Below are positions 61,838 through 64,000 of a stretch of DNA of 64,000 nucleotides, in pieces (the stretch's first letter is position 1; the number at the start of each line of letters is the position of its first letter). The stretch is taken from the NCBI GenBank assembly GCA_963726055.1, contig CAVSAP010000006.1:1184884-1248883 (forward strand), given 5' to 3'. Origin of the DNA: an uncultured Chloroflexia bacterium. Its GTDB lineage: Bacteria > Chloroflexota > Limnocylindria > Limnocylindrales > CSP1-4. A program made the translations under genes and the position numbers. The notes below the pieces were generated by a model. That model searched no databases and was not told where the DNA came from. It was given only the letters and a program-made list of their open reading frames with translations.

Positions 61838-62920
61838 TCAGACCCACGGCAGCGCCTCGACGCCGGCCTCGATCTCGCGCCATAGCCGGTCGGCGCCGAA
61901 GCGGACCGGATCGTCGCAGGGCAGGCCTGTCTCGGCTGCGACTCGCTCGATCTCGGCCCTGGCATCGCCATCACCGGGGATCAATGACGTGTTGACGGCG
62001 ATCGCCACGACCGCCGAGGGAGCGACGAGGCCCGCGACCTGCTCGTGGAGGGCGATGAACGGCCCGAGCGGTTGGATCGGGAACGACTGCCCTGGGAGAT
62101 GGTCGAAATCGTGATCGGCCAGACCCGGTTTGTGGACGAGGACCATTGCGTGTGGCGTCGTTCCGTGGATGAGCCCGAGGGTCACCGACGAGTAGGCCGG
62201 ATGGTCGAGGGATCCCTGGCCCTCGACGAGGATCCAGTCGCCGCGCGCCTCCGCTTCCTCCATCAGCCACTCGCACGTTCCCTGGACGAAGTCGCTGATC
62301 ACCCGATCGACGGCGACGCCCCAGCCCTCGATCATCATCCCGGTCTGTCCGGTGGGAACGAAGACCGCCGAACGACCGGCGGCCACCGCCGACTTCCGCA
62401 GCTCGAGCGCGACCGACATCTTGCCGATCGCGCAGTCGGTGCCGACCGTCAGGATGACGCGGCTGCCGGGGCGGTGGGGGCGCCCGACCGCCGTCTCCAT
62501 TCGATCGGGTGGTCGGCGGTAGTCGACGATCGCAGTGCCGGCCCGGCGAGCGGCGGCCGCGAACTCGGCGTCGTCACCGATGAAGGTGTGGAGTCCCGAC
62601 AGGACGTCGAGCCCGGCGTCGATCGCCTCGAGGATCGTCGCCCGCCAGGCCGGGGGCAGTCGGCCGCCGGTCGGCGCGATGCCGATCAGGAGCGCATCCG
62701 GCCGAGGCTCGATGGCAAGCGCCTCCGCCAGCGAGCCCACCGCCGGGATGTCGTGGCCCGGCAACCACTCGCCCACGTTGCGTCCCGCGATCGACGAGTC
62801 CAGGAGGGCCACGACCTGGTCGTTGCCATAGCGGATCACGCCCGTTGCGGTCTTGGCGTTGTGGACGTGCCACTGGCCTTCGGTGAGGATCACGAGACGG
62901 CGGATGGTGGGCGGGCTCAC
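61838..62920 (-). CDS. dgcN: DUF1611 protein (D-glutamate N-acetyltransferase-like)
   Basis: AKTA.GVIRY, GIAP.GG, SGLH, VGTDCAIGKM, TGQTG, VEGQGS. Confidence 0.8.
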   Translation of the reverse strand: MSPPTIRRLVILTEGQWHVHNAKTATGVIRYGNDQVVALLDSSIAGRNVGEWLPGHDIPAVGSLAEALAIEPRPDALLIGIAPTGGRLPPAWRATILEAIDAGLDVLSGLHTFIGDDAEFAAAARRAGTAIVDYRRPPDRMETAVGRPHRPGSRVILTVGTDCAIGKMSVALELRKSAVAAGRSAVFVPTGQTGMMIEGWGVAVDRVISDFVQGTCEWLMEEAEARGDWILVEGQGSLDHPAYSSVTLGLIHGTTPHAMVLVHKPGLADHDFDHLPGQSFPIQPLGPFIALHEQVAGLVAPSAVVAIAVNTSLIPGDGDARAEIERVAAETGLPCDDPVRFGADRLWREIEAGVEALPWV

Positions 62921-62962
62921 CGGTCGCAGTCTACGGAAACGGAGCGCCCGCGTGACGCCGGG

Positions 62963-64000
62963 TTACCTCGGCTTGACCGACACCTGGTACTTCCCGACCC
63001 CGGTTCGCCCGTAGTGGCGGACCTGGACGAAGTACGTTCCCGGGTCGAGCCGGCGCTGGATCTTCGCGTTGAGGCCGATGCCCGAGTCGTCGTCGAACGC
63101 GATGAGCGGTGTCTGGCTGCCAGGACCGTGGAGGCTCATGACGACGTCCGTTGTGCCGGAGGTGCGGATGATGTAGCTGCCGGCGTTGTCGACGACGAAC
63201 GTGTACCAGTCGACCTCGCCGGCGGTCCCGATGGCCGCGTCTGTCGGCGTTGCCCCGATCGCCAGCTCGGCGATTGGTTTTTCGTCGGCCGGATAGCGGC
63301 TGCGGATGAACGCCCTGTCCTGCTCGGACAGCTCGCGATTCCAGCCGACCTCGAAATCGCCGATCGTCAGGCGATTATCGACCGCGTAGAGCATGATCGA
63401 CTTCCGGTCGAACTCGGAGAACTGCATCCCCTCCGGGCTGTACGGGAGGAGGACGTTCTGGTCGGTGTCGTCCTTGGACCAGCCCTGGAGCGCGTAGTAC
63501 GCGTAGACCGCCGTTTCGTCCCATGGGATCGTCACGGCGGGGCTCTGGTGCTCGTGGACGGCGCCCAGCGCGTGGCCGAATTCGTGTAGGACGACCCGCG
63601 AGTACTCGTCGTCCTCCGAGTCGGGCGTCAGCCAGCCGAAGTTCATCGTCGGCTCGTTGGCGGGGATCTGGAGGGCGTCCTTGCCCAGGTACGACCACGA
63701 TCCTTCCTGCAGGAAGCTGATCCGGATCTCGGCATCGTCCCGGTCGTCGAACACGAACCGGACGCTCGCCTCGTCCTCCCAGCCGTGGGCGACCATCTCG
63801 ACCTTCTGCTTCACGAGCGTGTCGCCATCGAGGAACTTGACGTGGAGCGTGGATGCCGGCTTCCAGAGGGTGGCGATGATGATCGCCATTCGCGACCGGG
63901 TGGGCCCACCTCGCCCAATCCGCACGAGTCGCATGTTGTCCGGCCGTTCTTCGATCGCAGCCGCCTCCGCCGCCGGTACCTGGTCGCGCGGCAATCGCCG
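62963..64000 (-). CDS. Astacin-like (M12) metallopeptidase with C-terminal PPC domain, 5' end probably outside window
   Basis: GSWSYLG, TMNFGW, HEFGHALGAVHEHQ, SIMLY Met-turn; DWY.F...DDDSG...PGTY PPC. Confidence 0.87.
   Translation of the reverse strand, partial: RRLPRDQVPAAEAAAIEERPDNMRLVRIGRGGPTRSRMAIIIATLWKPASTLHVKFLDGDTLVKQKVEMVAHGWEDEASVRFVFDDRDDAEIRISFLQEGSWSYLGKDALQIPANEPTMNFGWLTPDSEDDEYSRVVLHEFGHALGAVHEHQSPAVTIPWDETAVYAYYALQGWSKDDTDQNVLLPYSPEGMQFSEFDRKSIMLYAVDNRLTIGDFEVGWNRELSEQDRAFIRSRYPADEKPIAELAIGATPTDAAIGTAGEVDWYTFVVDNAGSYIIRTSGTTDVVMSLHGPGSQTPLIAFDDDSGIGLNAKIQRRLDPGTYFVQVRHYGRTGVGKYQVSVKPR

Overview
High-GC (about 70% by eye) bacterial chromosomal segment of mostly housekeeping and metabolic genes. 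The gene content and Gram-positive-type SOS box suggest Chloroflexota (Limnocylindria-like); this is inference. It encodes acyl-CoA metabolism (thiolase, two acyl-CoA dehydrogenases, 3-hydroxybutyryl-CoA dehydrogenase, a split B12-dependent mutase with isobutyryl-CoA-mutase-type residues, MeaB), transporters (MMPL, MFS, two ABC-2, EamA), two ECF sigma loci, folE, trxA, PspA with a TPM protein, a dgcN-dgcA-like pair, an orphan DNA methyltransferase, tRNA-Arg(UCU) and a probable unannotated 6S RNA. No integrase, transposase or CRISPR-Cas is visible. Eight genes are broken by 11 single-base insertions that look like long-read errors. Most notable: (1) an ECF sigma coupled to an Ogt with a C-terminal Ada Zn domain and no AraC domain, a candidate alkylation-sensing sigma/anti-sigma switch; (2) three phased DnaA-like boxes abutting a perfect LexA box upstream of a structured leader and unknown gene; (3) REP/MITE-like palindrome clusters and a degraded HTH-PD-(D/E)XK gene; (4) pervasive leaderless starts with bidirectional TANNNTA -10 elements, which also expose a missed 57-aa ORF.
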